From assembly GCA_035282865.1 (NCBI GenBank), contig DATEVB010000238.1, forward strand, positions 1 to 40,140: a stretch of DNA of 40,140 nucleotides, written 5' to 3'. Positions within the stretch are counted from its first letter, which is position 1; each line of letters begins with the position of its first letter. The notes beneath the pieces were generated by a model that had not been told where the DNA came from, ran no database searches, and was given only the letters and a program-made list of their open reading frames with translations. Of this stretch, positions 1-8,750 are shown piece after piece. Source of the DNA: Acidimicrobiia bacterium (lineage in GTDB: Bacteria > Actinomycetota > Acidimicrobiia > Spongiisociales > UBA4744). A program made the translations under genes and the position numbers.

Positions 1-1
1 G

Positions 2-64
2 GACGAGAGCCTCATCAACGAACTCTGGATGCGCAGCGAGCAATGGGTGAGCTCCTACCTGTGA
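2..64 (+). CDS. 3' end of an unidentified CDS entering from the left edge (partial)
   Basis: The frame is open from the window edge (DESLINELWMRSEQWVSSYL*) with mostly G/C third positions. It is too short to name. Confidence 0.3.
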   Translation, partial: DESLINELWMRSEQWVSSYL

Positions 65-536
65 GGCCGCCGCCCGTTCGCGCTTTCTGCCGAGCCGGGC
101 GAGCCGATTGCGTTTGAAGCAGGATCGGTCGAGGGCACCAACCCCGACCGGGCGGTGAGATCGATCGAGGCCTCAAACCTTTGTCCTCCCCACCGTGGGC
201 GGGCGGCTCCACGATCAAGAGAGCGCCTTCCGGCCGCCGCGCGTCATGAACCTCTCAAGAGAATCCCGCCGGGTTGGCCAACTCGTGAGTGACATAGAAC
301 GGTCAGGCGAGGCCGACCTGCCCTTAGTACCTCGTGCCCGTCCGACCGGATGGGCCGCGTGATAACGGTGCTCGCCGTGATCGAACACGGCCACACCGGC
401 TGAACGAGCACCCGGCAGCACTCGCCGGAGAGCCCATCTTCGTGAGGGAATACCCCTGAGACAACCCCGAGAATTCAGGGTTCTTGGAGGGTGACACCTC
501 ATAGACGCCGGGCTCCGGTCGCGGCAGCATGGGGCC

Positions 537-1022
537 ATGGTTAGTACTACCCAATCCTCAAACGGGACGGCGACCCGCACGCGGATGGAACGACCTGCCT
601 CAGGACGAGTCCTGTCAGGCGTTGCAGCCGCAATCGCCGAACGTACCAATACCGCCACCTGGCTGGTGAGACTCGGCTTCGTGATTGCCACCATCTTCGG
701 TGGGCTCGGCATCCTCGCCTACTCGGCCGGGTGGTTCGTGATCCGCGCCGAGGGAGCAACGGAGTCCCCGGCCGAAGCCTGGTTCGCTGCTTTGGCAAGC
801 CCCGGGCGCCGGGCCGGAGCGCTGCTGATCGCCTTTGTGATGCTGATCCTGTTGAGCGGTCTGACCCCGGTCGGCCTGCTCGTGGCGGGAACACTCCTGA
901 CCACCGGACTGCTGCTGGTCAAGGACGGGCAACCGGTCGAAACACCTATCAAGTACGGGGAAGAGCATGAACATCGTGAAAGTGCTGTCAGCCTTCGTGG
1001 GCGCGATAATCGTTATCGGTAG
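537..1022 (+). CDS. PspC domain-containing membrane protein
   Basis: The N-terminal segment RPASGRVLSGVAAAIAERTNTATWLVRLGFVIATIFGGLGILAYSAGWFVI matches the PspC-domain pattern (R..GV.aGiA...g.....vR..fv......G.g...Y...W). Further hydrophobic helices follow. The start could instead be ATG 585. Confidence 0.7.
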   Translation: MVSTTQSSNGTATRTRMERPASGRVLSGVAAAIAERTNTATWLVRLGFVIATIFGGLGILAYSAGWFVIRAEGATESPAEAWFAALASPGRRAGALLIAFVMLILLSGLTPVGLLVAGTLLTTGLLLVKDGQPVETPIKYGEEHEHRESAVSLRGRDNRYR

Positions 1023-1476
1023 CCTCGGAATGGTCGGAACGGGAGCCGTAGCCCTGTCGGTCGATGACACCGACGGCTATCTGACGGCGGGTCCGGTCAG
1101 GATCACCACCGATTCAGCCGCCCTGGTGGGTGACGGTCTAGACATCTTCCTCAACGATCCGGTCGCCACGCCGATCGATCTCGACCTGATCGGTGCCCAG
1201 GTCGACGTGGATTCCCGCAACGGCAAAGCCGTATTCGTCGGTATCGGGGCAGCGGACGACGTGAAACGCTATCTGGCCGACGTTGACCATAGAGTCGACG
1301 TCGAGGTCACCGCCGCGGGGCGGGTGCCCTTCATCCGCCCCATCGGAATAGCTCTCGTCGTCGCCGGCCTGCTGGGCGTGGCGATCGGCGGCACCCTCAC
1401 CTACCTCGGAATCAGAAGCACGCCCTCCCGGGCGGCGGCGAGCGTTGAGGTGAAAGAGGTAACTCCGGTCGCCTAA
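967..1476 (+). CDS. hypothetical membrane-anchored protein
   Basis: ATG is preceded by GGGGAAGAG. There are N- and C-terminal hydrophobic helices. It overlaps the PspC ORF by 56 nt. I recognised no family. Confidence 0.5.
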   Translation: MNIVKVLSAFVGAIIVIGSLGMVGTGAVALSVDDTDGYLTAGPVRITTDSAALVGDGLDIFLNDPVATPIDLDLIGAQVDVDSRNGKAVFVGIGAADDVKRYLADVDHRVDVEVTAAGRVPFIRPIGIALVVAGLLGVAIGGTLTYLGIRSTPSRAAASVEVKEVTPVA

Positions 1477-1529
1477 CTGCTGTTCCCCAACCCACGATCG
1501 CGTCGCAAATCGACCAGAATGGAACCGCG

Positions 1530-2555
1530 ATGCCGGCCAACCTCACGCCCGAATACAAAACGGCTGAGGCTGCGTTCAAACGAGCGAGCGAACCGAACGA
1601 ACGCCTCGAGCTGCTGCGCACCATGCTGCGGGCACTGCCGAAACACAAAGGCACAGACCACCTCCAGGCCGACATCAAGACCCGGATCAAAGAGCTGACC
1701 GACGAGCTGGCCGGCCCCAAGAAAGGTGGAGCCCGGCGCGGTCCCCCGACGTCCTTCCGGCCCGAAGGCGCCGCCCAGCTGGCCCTTATCGGACCACCCA
1801 ACTCCGGCAAGTCGACGTTGCATGCGCGGCTGACCGGATCCCACGCCCAGACCGGGGAATACCCTTTCACTACCCTATTGGCCCAACCGGGGATGATGGC
1901 CTATCAGGACGTCGCCTTTCAGCTCATCGATCTTCCCCCCATCTCTCACGAGCACCCCATCCCCTGGATCGGCAACGCCCTACAACCCGCCGATGCCTGC
2001 CTGCTGGTGGTCGACCTCTGTGAGGCAGGTTGCATGGAGCGGGCCGTGGCGGTACGAGACCTGCTTGCCGAACGCAAGGTTGTTCTGTCGGCAGGATGGC
2101 CGGGCGACACCGGCACCCCCCGATTGCCGATCGATCACGAAGGGGATCCGTTCACCATCCGACTTCCGACGCTCCTGATCATCAACAAGACCGACCGGAT
2201 CGGTGACCCGAAAACGGAGATCGACATCTTCGAAGATCTCACAGAGTTGCACTTCCCGACCCTCGCCGTTTCGGCCACCGCCGGGGATGGCCTGGACGAG
2301 ATCGGCCCCTGGCTCTTTGCGAGACTGGGGATCGTCCGCGTGTATACCAAAGCGCCGGGCAAAGCTCCCGACCTGGACCGGCCCTACACCATCCGTCGGG
2401 ATGGAACCGTCCACGACGTTGCCGAGCTGGTCCATCGCGAACTCGCAGAATCGTTCAAGTTCGCCCGTCTATGGAGAGCAGGCACCTTCGAGGGCCAGCA
2501 CGTTGGCAGCGAGCACGACTTGCAGGACGGCGACGTGGTGGAGCTGCACAGCTGA
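1530..2555 (+). CDS. DRG/Obg-like GTPase with C-terminal TGS domain
   Basis: G1 is GPPNSGKST, G2 is YPFTT and G4 is NKTD. The C-terminal TGS-like region is IVRVYTKAPGK...GDVVEL. The G3 motif reads DLPP instead of DxPG (see findings). Confidence 0.85.
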   Translation: MPANLTPEYKTAEAAFKRASEPNERLELLRTMLRALPKHKGTDHLQADIKTRIKELTDELAGPKKGGARRGPPTSFRPEGAAQLALIGPPNSGKSTLHARLTGSHAQTGEYPFTTLLAQPGMMAYQDVAFQLIDLPPISHEHPIPWIGNALQPADACLLVVDLCEAGCMERAVAVRDLLAERKVVLSAGWPGDTGTPRLPIDHEGDPFTIRLPTLLIINKTDRIGDPKTEIDIFEDLTELHFPTLAVSATAGDGLDEIGPWLFARLGIVRVYTKAPGKAPDLDRPYTIRRDGTVHDVAELVHRELAESFKFARLWRAGTFEGQHVGSEHDLQDGDVVELHS

Positions 2556-2709
2556 GCCTCCTCACCTCATACCGTCCGGGGCCGCTCCCGCAGCCAATCC
2601 GCCGGCCACCCGAGGCCGGGGCGGGCGATTTCACGGCGGACCGTGATGACAATACGTCGGCATCCGGCACTCAGAATCGAGCCGAGGTCTCTGCTAGATC
2701 CGAGCGATG

Positions 2710-3057
2710 CTAGGCGGCTGTGAACACCATCCCGTAGTACTTGTCGTAGGCGCCCTCTCGCACCACCTTGACCTCACCCTGAACCGCCATCCCCATCTTG
2801 GGGTTGTCGACCTCGAGCTGCCCGGTGATCCGCAGGCCGTTCTCCAGTTCGACGATGCCCAGTCCCAACGTCGGCACCTCGAACTCGGCCGGCAGGTTGT
2901 AGACCTTGGTGAAGGTCAGCAGCTTGCCCTTCTTCGGAAGCGGCACGATATCGAACTCGAAAAAGCCGTTCTGCCGGCACTCCTTGCAGACCATCCGGAA
3001 GGGATAGTGCAGATGACCGCATTTGCGACACTTATAGGCGTAGATCTCGCGAGCCAT
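2710..3057 (-). CDS. DUF35 family Zn-ribbon / OB-fold protein (thiolase-associated)
   Basis: Zinc ribbon CRKCGHLHYPFRMVCKEC is followed by an OB-fold-like C-terminus. Its ATG shares one nt with the stop of the upstream thiolase-like gene (TGATG). Confidence 0.85.
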   Translation of the reverse strand: MAREIYAYKCRKCGHLHYPFRMVCKECRQNGFFEFDIVPLPKKGKLLTFTKVYNLPAEFEVPTLGLGIVELENGLRITGQLEVDNPKMGMAVQGEVKVVREGAYDKYYGMVFTAA

Positions 3058-4232
3058 CAGTCCTCCCTCACAAAGGTCAGGCAGACAACGTTGTTGCCAA
3101 AACCGCCGAAATTGCAGGTAAAGCCGACCCGGGCTCCGTTGACCTGGCGGTCGCCGGCCTCGCCTCTGAGCTGCGTCACGATTTCGTGAGCCTGGGCAAC
3201 TCCGGTGGCACCGACCGGATGACCCTTCCCCTTCAACCCACCGGAGGGATTGATCGGCAGGGACCCGTCCAACGCGGTTTGCCCTTTCTCGAGGGCAATG
3301 TGTCCTTCGCCCTTCGGGAAGAACCCAACCTCTTCACTCTCGACGATCTCGAGGATGGTGAAGGCATCGTGCAGCTCCGCTACGTCTACATCCTGCGGTG
3401 TCAACCCGGCCATCTCCAACGACTTGGCAGCCGCCCGACGCACGGCCAGCAGATCGGTCGGTTCTTCCCGCTCGTGTACGGCGTGGGTATCGGTCGCCTG
3501 ACCGATACCGGCCAGGCGTATGGGTGGCCGATCGATGGTCTTGGCGACGTCTTCGGATACCAGGATGACCGCCGCTCCCCCGTCCGACACCGGACAAGCG
3601 TCGAAGAACCGCAGCGGTTCCGCCACATACGGGTTGTTCGTCATCGCTTCCGGCGAATCGAGGATGCCCTCGAGCGTGATCGGCTGGTGCAGGTGGGCGA
3701 ACTCGTTCAGCATGGCGTTGTTCTGGTTCTTGACCGCCACCATGGCCAGATGCCGTTCGGTCACACCGTACTTCTCCATGTACAGGCGAGTGAACATCGC
3801 CGCGTGGGACGGCAAGGTGACCCCGTATATGTACTCGGCCAGTGGATGGGTGAGGGTGGCGATGAAGTCGGTCGCCTCGAGGTTGTTGACCTCCCGCATG
3901 CGTTCGGCACCGCTGACCAGCACCACGTCGTGCAGACCTGATGCCACTGCCGCGAACCCGGCCTTGATGGCCGAAGCTCCCGAAGCCGGACCATTCTCGA
4001 CAACCGCCGCTCCGGCCGGAGTGAGACTCAGGCTGTCAACCACCGCACTGGCCAGCGCCGTCTGGTGGTTGATCCTCGCACTGCCCATGTTGGCCACGTA
4101 CAGGTGATCCACATCGGTGATCCCGGCGTCGTTCAGCGCCATCATCGATGGGTAGGCAGCGATCTCGGAGACCGGATACTCGAGCCGCGTGAAGCTGGTG
4201 ATGCCTATCCCGACTACGTATACGTTACGCAT
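3057..4232 (-). CDS. thiolase-like protein (SCP2/archaeal-thiolase type), apparently lacking catalytic cysteines
   Basis: MRNVYVVGIGITSF..., DACPVSDGGAA, GGLKGKGHPVGATG and NFGGFG are typical of SCP2/archaeal thiolases. The start was refined to ATG 4232, downstream of a GAGGGGAGA SD. The nucleophile motif reads GPASGAS and the HDCF motif reads HDAF. Confidence 0.85.
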   Translation of the reverse strand: MRNVYVVGIGITSFTRLEYPVSEIAAYPSMMALNDAGITDVDHLYVANMGSARINHQTALASAVVDSLSLTPAGAAVVENGPASGASAIKAGFAAVASGLHDVVLVSGAERMREVNNLEATDFIATLTHPLAEYIYGVTLPSHAAMFTRLYMEKYGVTERHLAMVAVKNQNNAMLNEFAHLHQPITLEGILDSPEAMTNNPYVAEPLRFFDACPVSDGGAAVILVSEDVAKTIDRPPIRLAGIGQATDTHAVHEREEPTDLLAVRRAAAKSLEMAGLTPQDVDVAELHDAFTILEIVESEEVGFFPKGEGHIALEKGQTALDGSLPINPSGGLKGKGHPVGATGVAQAHEIVTQLRGEAGDRQVNGARVGFTCNFGGFGNNVVCLTFVRED

Positions 4233-4983
4233 GATCCGTCTCCCCTCGGAGAGCATTACGCTGCGCAATGAGGGCGGTCGCCGTCGGGTCGTACATGGAC
4301 CTGGTGGCCGCCAACAAGTCGGCCGGGGGCGTGGGTGGATCCGACGGTGGCAGGATCTTGGCTTCCGCTTTGGCAAGAAGCTCCGGCGGAACCGGGCGCC
4401 GCCCCACGACCAGGGTCGAGCGGGCTCGATCGAAGAGCTCCTTGGTCAGCGACCACGACGGCACGCCGCCCAGCTCATGGGGCGTTTCGAACCGTTTGTC
4501 GAGCTGATATTCGATCATCCAGCGACGGAATCCGATCGGTGATTCGGCCACGACCAACACCTCTTTGTGCCCGAGGATGTCGATGTGGTATTCCATCTTG
4601 GCGGCGAAAGCGTGCGCGCCCACCCGCAAGCCGCGCCGGAGGGCGATGGTGTGCAATGACATACCAAGATCCCCCGACACCTGCCGCCCGTTGACGACGG
4701 CCGCCAACTCTCCTTCGATCTGCGCGATCAGCACGTACTCGTCTTGAGCCCGGTACCGGTAGTGAGCCAGCAACTCGGAGTAGATGCGGGCGCATACGAC
4801 GTCGTAGTAGTCCCGCTCGACGTGGAGGAGCGGCTCGAGATACGGCAGGACGTCGGGAATCTCGTCCCGATCGATCTGCCGGATCACCATGTGCTCGCCG
4901 CTCGCCAGCGTCATGTACTTCGCTTCGAACGGCTTCAAAGGGTGGTCTTCTGGACGGAGAATCCTCTCCAGGTCAACAGCCAT
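4225..4983 (-). CDS. hypothetical protein (possible GNAT-like acyltransferase fold)
   Basis: It sits in-operon between the Mo-hydroxylase and thiolase-like genes. Start ATG 4983 has GGAG about 10 nt upstream. The segment LHTIALRRGLRVGAHAF loosely resembles the GNAT R/Q-x-x-G-x-G/A motif. I recognised no firm family. Confidence 0.6.
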   Translation of the reverse strand: MAVDLERILRPEDHPLKPFEAKYMTLASGEHMVIRQIDRDEIPDVLPYLEPLLHVERDYYDVVCARIYSELLAHYRYRAQDEYVLIAQIEGELAAVVNGRQVSGDLGMSLHTIALRRGLRVGAHAFAAKMEYHIDILGHKEVLVVAESPIGFRRWMIEYQLDKRFETPHELGGVPSWSLTKELFDRARSTLVVGRRPVPPELLAKAEAKILPPSDPPTPPADLLAATRSMYDPTATALIAQRNALRGETDHA

Positions 4984-4996
4984 TGCGGTACATCTC

Positions 4997-7378
4997 CTAC
5001 TCCTCACTCTTCTCTCTCAACACCGATAGCGCCACCTTCTCGGCGGTGATCGGCATCGATGTGATGCGGACACCCAGGGCGTCCTTGATGGCATTACCGA
5101 TCATCGGCGCCGCCGGGATCATGGTGTGTTCTCCCACTCCTCTGGCCCCGAAGGGCCCGTCCGGCTGGGCGATCTCGATGATGATCGGAATCGTCTCTTC
5201 TGGTATGTCGTGGGCCGTCGGGATCTTGTAGTCCGTGAAGTTGGGGTTCAGCAACCGCCCGTCCTCCCCGAACCGCATGTCCTCGTAGAGGACCGTGGCC
5301 AGACCCTGGACGATCCCGCCTGTGATCTGCCCTTCGATGAGACTGGGGTTGATGGCCTTGCCGACGTCGACAGCCAGCGCCACCTTCTTGACCTTCATCC
5401 GGCCGGTTTCCCGGTCGACCTCGAGCACCACCCCGGCTGCCCCCACCGTGTAGTGGACGTTGGGATGACCGCCCTGACTGGTCTCGGGGTCACTGCGGGT
5501 CGACGTGAACTCGGGCATGAACTTGCCGGAACCCACGATCGGTCCACCCTTGAAGGTGCCGTCCGTGTCTTCGAGCCCGTCGATGACAAAATCTTTCAAC
5601 GGCAGCTTGAAGTCGGGATCGGTGCTGGACCGGACGCTCTCATCCTCGAGATAGAGCGACTCCTCTTCGTAGCCGTGCACCCGATGCACAACGTCGAAGA
5701 TCTTCTCGCGGGCCTCGACCGCGGCTGCATGCACGGCATTACCGCAGCTCCACGTAACATGCGAGGCAACCGTCTGCCACTCATAGGGGTTGCGGTCGGT
5801 GTCGGGGGTCTCGACCCGGATCTTGGTAGGAGGCACCGCCAACACCTCCCCGGCAATCTGGGCCATGGCGGTCATATACCCCTGGCCGAGCTCCATGCCC
5901 GAGACGGAGATGTTCATGCTGCCGTCCTCATTGAACTTGAGGAATGACGCCGACGAGGCGTTGGGCGGCATGGCCGGCGCCTTCCAGAACACGGCGAAGC
6001 CCTTACCGATCGCTTTGTTGGGGTCGTCCGACGTCTCTTCCTTCCCCCACTCGATGGCATCTGCGGTTCGATCGATGGCCTCGATCAACCCGGATGGATT
6101 CATCTCCGCTCCGTAGGCGAGGATATCGCCCTCAACAATGGCGTTCTTGCGCCGGAACGCGACCGGATCCATCCCGATGGCCTCGGCGACCCGATCGACA
6201 TGTGATTCGAGCCCGAACACGAACTCCGAATACCCGAAGCCGCGGTACGGACCACCGGGCGGCAGGTTGGTGTAGATGCATTTGGAGTCGATCCATACGT
6301 TGGGGACACGATACGGGCCGGTGGCCGACAACCCGGCGGCGTTGACCACATTGGCTCCATATTCGACATAGGCGCCGGCGTCCCAGTTGAGGATGTGCCT
6401 GATGGCAGTGATCGTGCCGTCGTTCTTGACACCCATCTTCAGGTGAGCGACCAAGCCCTGCCGCTGGTAGGTGTTGTAGAACTCCTGCTCCCTGGTAAAC
6501 CGGATCTTGACGGGATGGCCCTTGGCCGCGGTAGCGAGGGCCGCGCCCATGATCTCCATCGAGACGCCGGCTTTCCCACCGAATCCTCCACCCACGTACG
6601 GGGTGATGACCCGGACGTCCTTGTGAGACAGGCCAAGCGGAGCGAGCGCTTCTGCAAAGAGATGCCGCTGCGTGTACGGTGACTGCGACGCCGACCACAT
6701 GGTCAGACGGCCGGATTGGTCGTAGAGCCCGACGATCACATGCGGTTCGATCGCACAGTGTGCATACCTGGGCACCCTGTACTCGCCCTCCAACACCAGG
6801 TCGGCTTGGGCGAAGCCCCGCTCGACGTCACCCTTGCGAGTCTTGCGCCAGTGGGCGATGTTCGTGTTTTCGTGCGGGTAGAACCACGGGACGTGCGCGT
6901 AGTCGCCCAGATCCGGATGGATCAGCTCGGAATCCGGTTTGAGGGCTTCGAGCGGATCAAAGATCGGGGGCAGCTCCTCATAGGTGACTTCGACGAGCTT
7001 GGCGGCCCGTTTGGCCACCTTGGGGTCGCGAGCGATGACCGCCGCCACTTGTTCACCGACGAAGCGGACCCGGTCCTGGGCAAAAACGTACCGGTCCTTC
7101 ATGTACAGCCCGAACTTGAACGGGAAATCCTTCCCGGTGACGACCTTGGTCACACCGGGGACGGCTGCCGCCGCCGAGGTGTCGATGGCCTTGATCAAAG
7201 CGTTGGCGAAGGGGCTTTCGACGATCTCCGCGTACAAGAGGTCGGGACCGAAATCGAGGTCGTCCACGTACCGGGCCGCACCCGAGACCTTCTCCAATCC
7301 GTCCACTCTCACGGCCGCCTTGCCAACGAAATCGAGGCCGCGGGTGCTTTCTCGCTCGAACGGTCTGAGCGTCGTCAT
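4997..7378 (-). CDS. xanthine dehydrogenase family molybdopterin-binding large subunit
   Basis: It contains VGGGFGGKAG, a C-terminal GARGVGE (catalytic Glu context) and aldehyde-oxidase/XDH a/b hammerhead-like N-terminal VDGLEKVSGAARYVDD. Start ATG 7378 overlaps the 2Fe-2S subunit stop (ATGA). Confidence 0.9.
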   Translation of the reverse strand: MTTLRPFERESTRGLDFVGKAAVRVDGLEKVSGAARYVDDLDFGPDLLYAEIVESPFANALIKAIDTSAAAAVPGVTKVVTGKDFPFKFGLYMKDRYVFAQDRVRFVGEQVAAVIARDPKVAKRAAKLVEVTYEELPPIFDPLEALKPDSELIHPDLGDYAHVPWFYPHENTNIAHWRKTRKGDVERGFAQADLVLEGEYRVPRYAHCAIEPHVIVGLYDQSGRLTMWSASQSPYTQRHLFAEALAPLGLSHKDVRVITPYVGGGFGGKAGVSMEIMGAALATAAKGHPVKIRFTREQEFYNTYQRQGLVAHLKMGVKNDGTITAIRHILNWDAGAYVEYGANVVNAAGLSATGPYRVPNVWIDSKCIYTNLPPGGPYRGFGYSEFVFGLESHVDRVAEAIGMDPVAFRRKNAIVEGDILAYGAEMNPSGLIEAIDRTADAIEWGKEETSDDPNKAIGKGFAVFWKAPAMPPNASSASFLKFNEDGSMNISVSGMELGQGYMTAMAQIAGEVLAVPPTKIRVETPDTDRNPYEWQTVASHVTWSCGNAVHAAAVEAREKIFDVVHRVHGYEEESLYLEDESVRSSTDPDFKLPLKDFVIDGLEDTDGTFKGGPIVGSGKFMPEFTSTRSDPETSQGGHPNVHYTVGAAGVVLEVDRETGRMKVKKVALAVDVGKAINPSLIEGQITGGIVQGLATVLYEDMRFGEDGRLLNPNFTDYKIPTAHDIPEETIPIIIEIAQPDGPFGARGVGEHTMIPAAPMIGNAIKDALGVRITSMPITAEKVALSVLREKSEE

Positions 7379-7851
7379 CCCGTTGCCTCCCCTCCGGCAT
7401 GGGCTGCCGCCAGGACGGCATCGATGATCGGATCGTATCCGGTACACCGGCAAAGGTTGCCGCCGATCGCCTCCTGGACGTCTTCTCGGGTTGGGCGGGG
7501 ATTCTCCTCCAGGAGTTCAGCCGCCGCCAGTACGATTCCGGGCGCACAAAAGCCGCACTGGAATGAGTTCATATCGACGAAGAACTGCTGGAGTTCGGTC
7601 AGCCCCTCGTCGTCCAGCCCTTCAATGGTGACCACCTCGTGGCCGTCGGCCTCCACCGAAAGGACCAGGCAGCTCCGCACCGTGTGGCCGTCGAGCAGCA
7701 CCGTGCAACTCCCGCAATCCCCCCGCTCGCATCCGATCTTCGGGCTCTTCACGCCGACCTTGGACCGGAGCGTTTCGAGGAGCACATCGTTGGGTTCGAC
7801 CGACAGCAACCACGGTTCGCCGTTGACCGTGACCGAGACATCCATTCGCAT
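7375..7851 (-). CDS. (2Fe-2S)-binding small subunit of the Mo hydroxylase
   Basis: Cysteine motifs CERGDCGSCTV, CGFCAPG and CRCTGY are typical of the XDH/CoxS family. Confidence 0.9.
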   Translation of the reverse strand: MRMDVSVTVNGEPWLLSVEPNDVLLETLRSKVGVKSPKIGCERGDCGSCTVLLDGHTVRSCLVLSVEADGHEVVTIEGLDDEGLTELQQFFVDMNSFQCGFCAPGIVLAAAELLEENPRPTREDVQEAIGGNLCRCTGYDPIIDAVLAAAHAGGEATG

Positions 7852-7859
7852 CCGTCCCC

Positions 7860-8750
7860 CTACATCAAGTTGGTTCCGTAGGAAGGCCCGTTGCCTTCCA
7901 GCCGTTCCACGGCAGCCTTCAAGCCCCGCTGCAACATCACTTCCGACATTCGAAGCCGGTATTCCTTCGATGCCCTGATATCGGTAATGGGCGAGATCTC
8001 CTCGGACACCAGTGCCATGGCCCGGGCGACCAGCACCGGATCGAGCGCCTTACCCTCCAGAAGCGCTTCGACGCGCCGCGCCCGCACGGGCGTGTCGGCC
8101 ACCGCCCCGAAGGCAACCCGGAACCGATGATCGGGTGGCGCCAGAATGGCAACGCTGGCCTGAGCGAGGTCCTCACCTTCGTAGCGACTGAGCCGGACAA
8201 AAGCGGCGCCGTGGCCGCCGGGCGGTACCGGCACCACCACTTTGGTCACAATCTCACCCCGACCGAGCGCCGTCATGCGTGGTCCGAGGAACCACTCGTC
8301 GATGGGAATCCGGCGGGTACCAGCAACTCCGACGGTATGGACCACCGCTCCGTACACGAGGAGTACCGGCCCGGCATCACACGAGGGCACGGCCGAACAG
8401 ATGTTCCCGACCATGGTGGCTCGATTGCGGATTCCGGTGGATGCCACAGTCGCCGCCATCTCGGAGATCAACGGCAGCCGGGCGGCGACCGGCCCCGAGT
8501 TGAGGAGATGAGTAAAGGTGACCAGCGAACCCATCGAAAGGGCGTCTCCTTCGTCGACGATCTCGCCGAGACCCTCGATCCGCTTGATATCGACGACCAG
8601 GTCGGGGGCGACCGCTTCGTCCCGCAACCAGGCAATGAGGTCGGTGCCACCAGCCAGCACCCGGACGTCACCGGCGTGCCCGATGAGGATCTCCAGTGCT
8701 TCGTCCAGCGTCTCCGGCCGCTCGTAATCGAACACCTGGGCGATCGTCAT
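7860..8750 (-). CDS. FAD-binding medium subunit of the Mo hydroxylase (CoxM/XdhB-like)
   Basis: It contains LAGGTDL and has a CO-dehydrogenase flavoprotein-like C-terminus. Start ATG 8750 is preceded by AAGGAGG. Confidence 0.9.
   Translation of the reverse strand: MTIAQVFDYERPETLDEALEILIGHAGDVRVLAGGTDLIAWLRDEAVAPDLVVDIKRIEGLGEIVDEGDALSMGSLVTFTHLLNSGPVAARLPLISEMAATVASTGIRNRATMVGNICSAVPSCDAGPVLLVYGAVVHTVGVAGTRRIPIDEWFLGPRMTALGRGEIVTKVVVPVPPGGHGAAFVRLSRYEGEDLAQASVAILAPPDHRFRVAFGAVADTPVRARRVEALLEGKALDPVLVARAMALVSEEISPITDIRASKEYRLRMSEVMLQRGLKAAVERLEGNGPSYGTNLM

Noticed and set aside
215-712. A 165-aa minus-strand ORF spanning the PspC start, plus other ORFs in 15-554.
   Set aside because: The sequence is nonsense-like in composition and overlaps the better-supported PspC-domain gene.
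967-1022. A 56-nt overlap between the PspC-domain ORF and the next ORF, considered as a possible frameshift or fusion.
   Set aside because: Both ORFs have their own plausible start and SD, and the second begins with a complete transmembrane helix. Nothing in the sequence (slippery site or homopolymer) argues for a frameshift. I noted it only as start/stop uncertainty.
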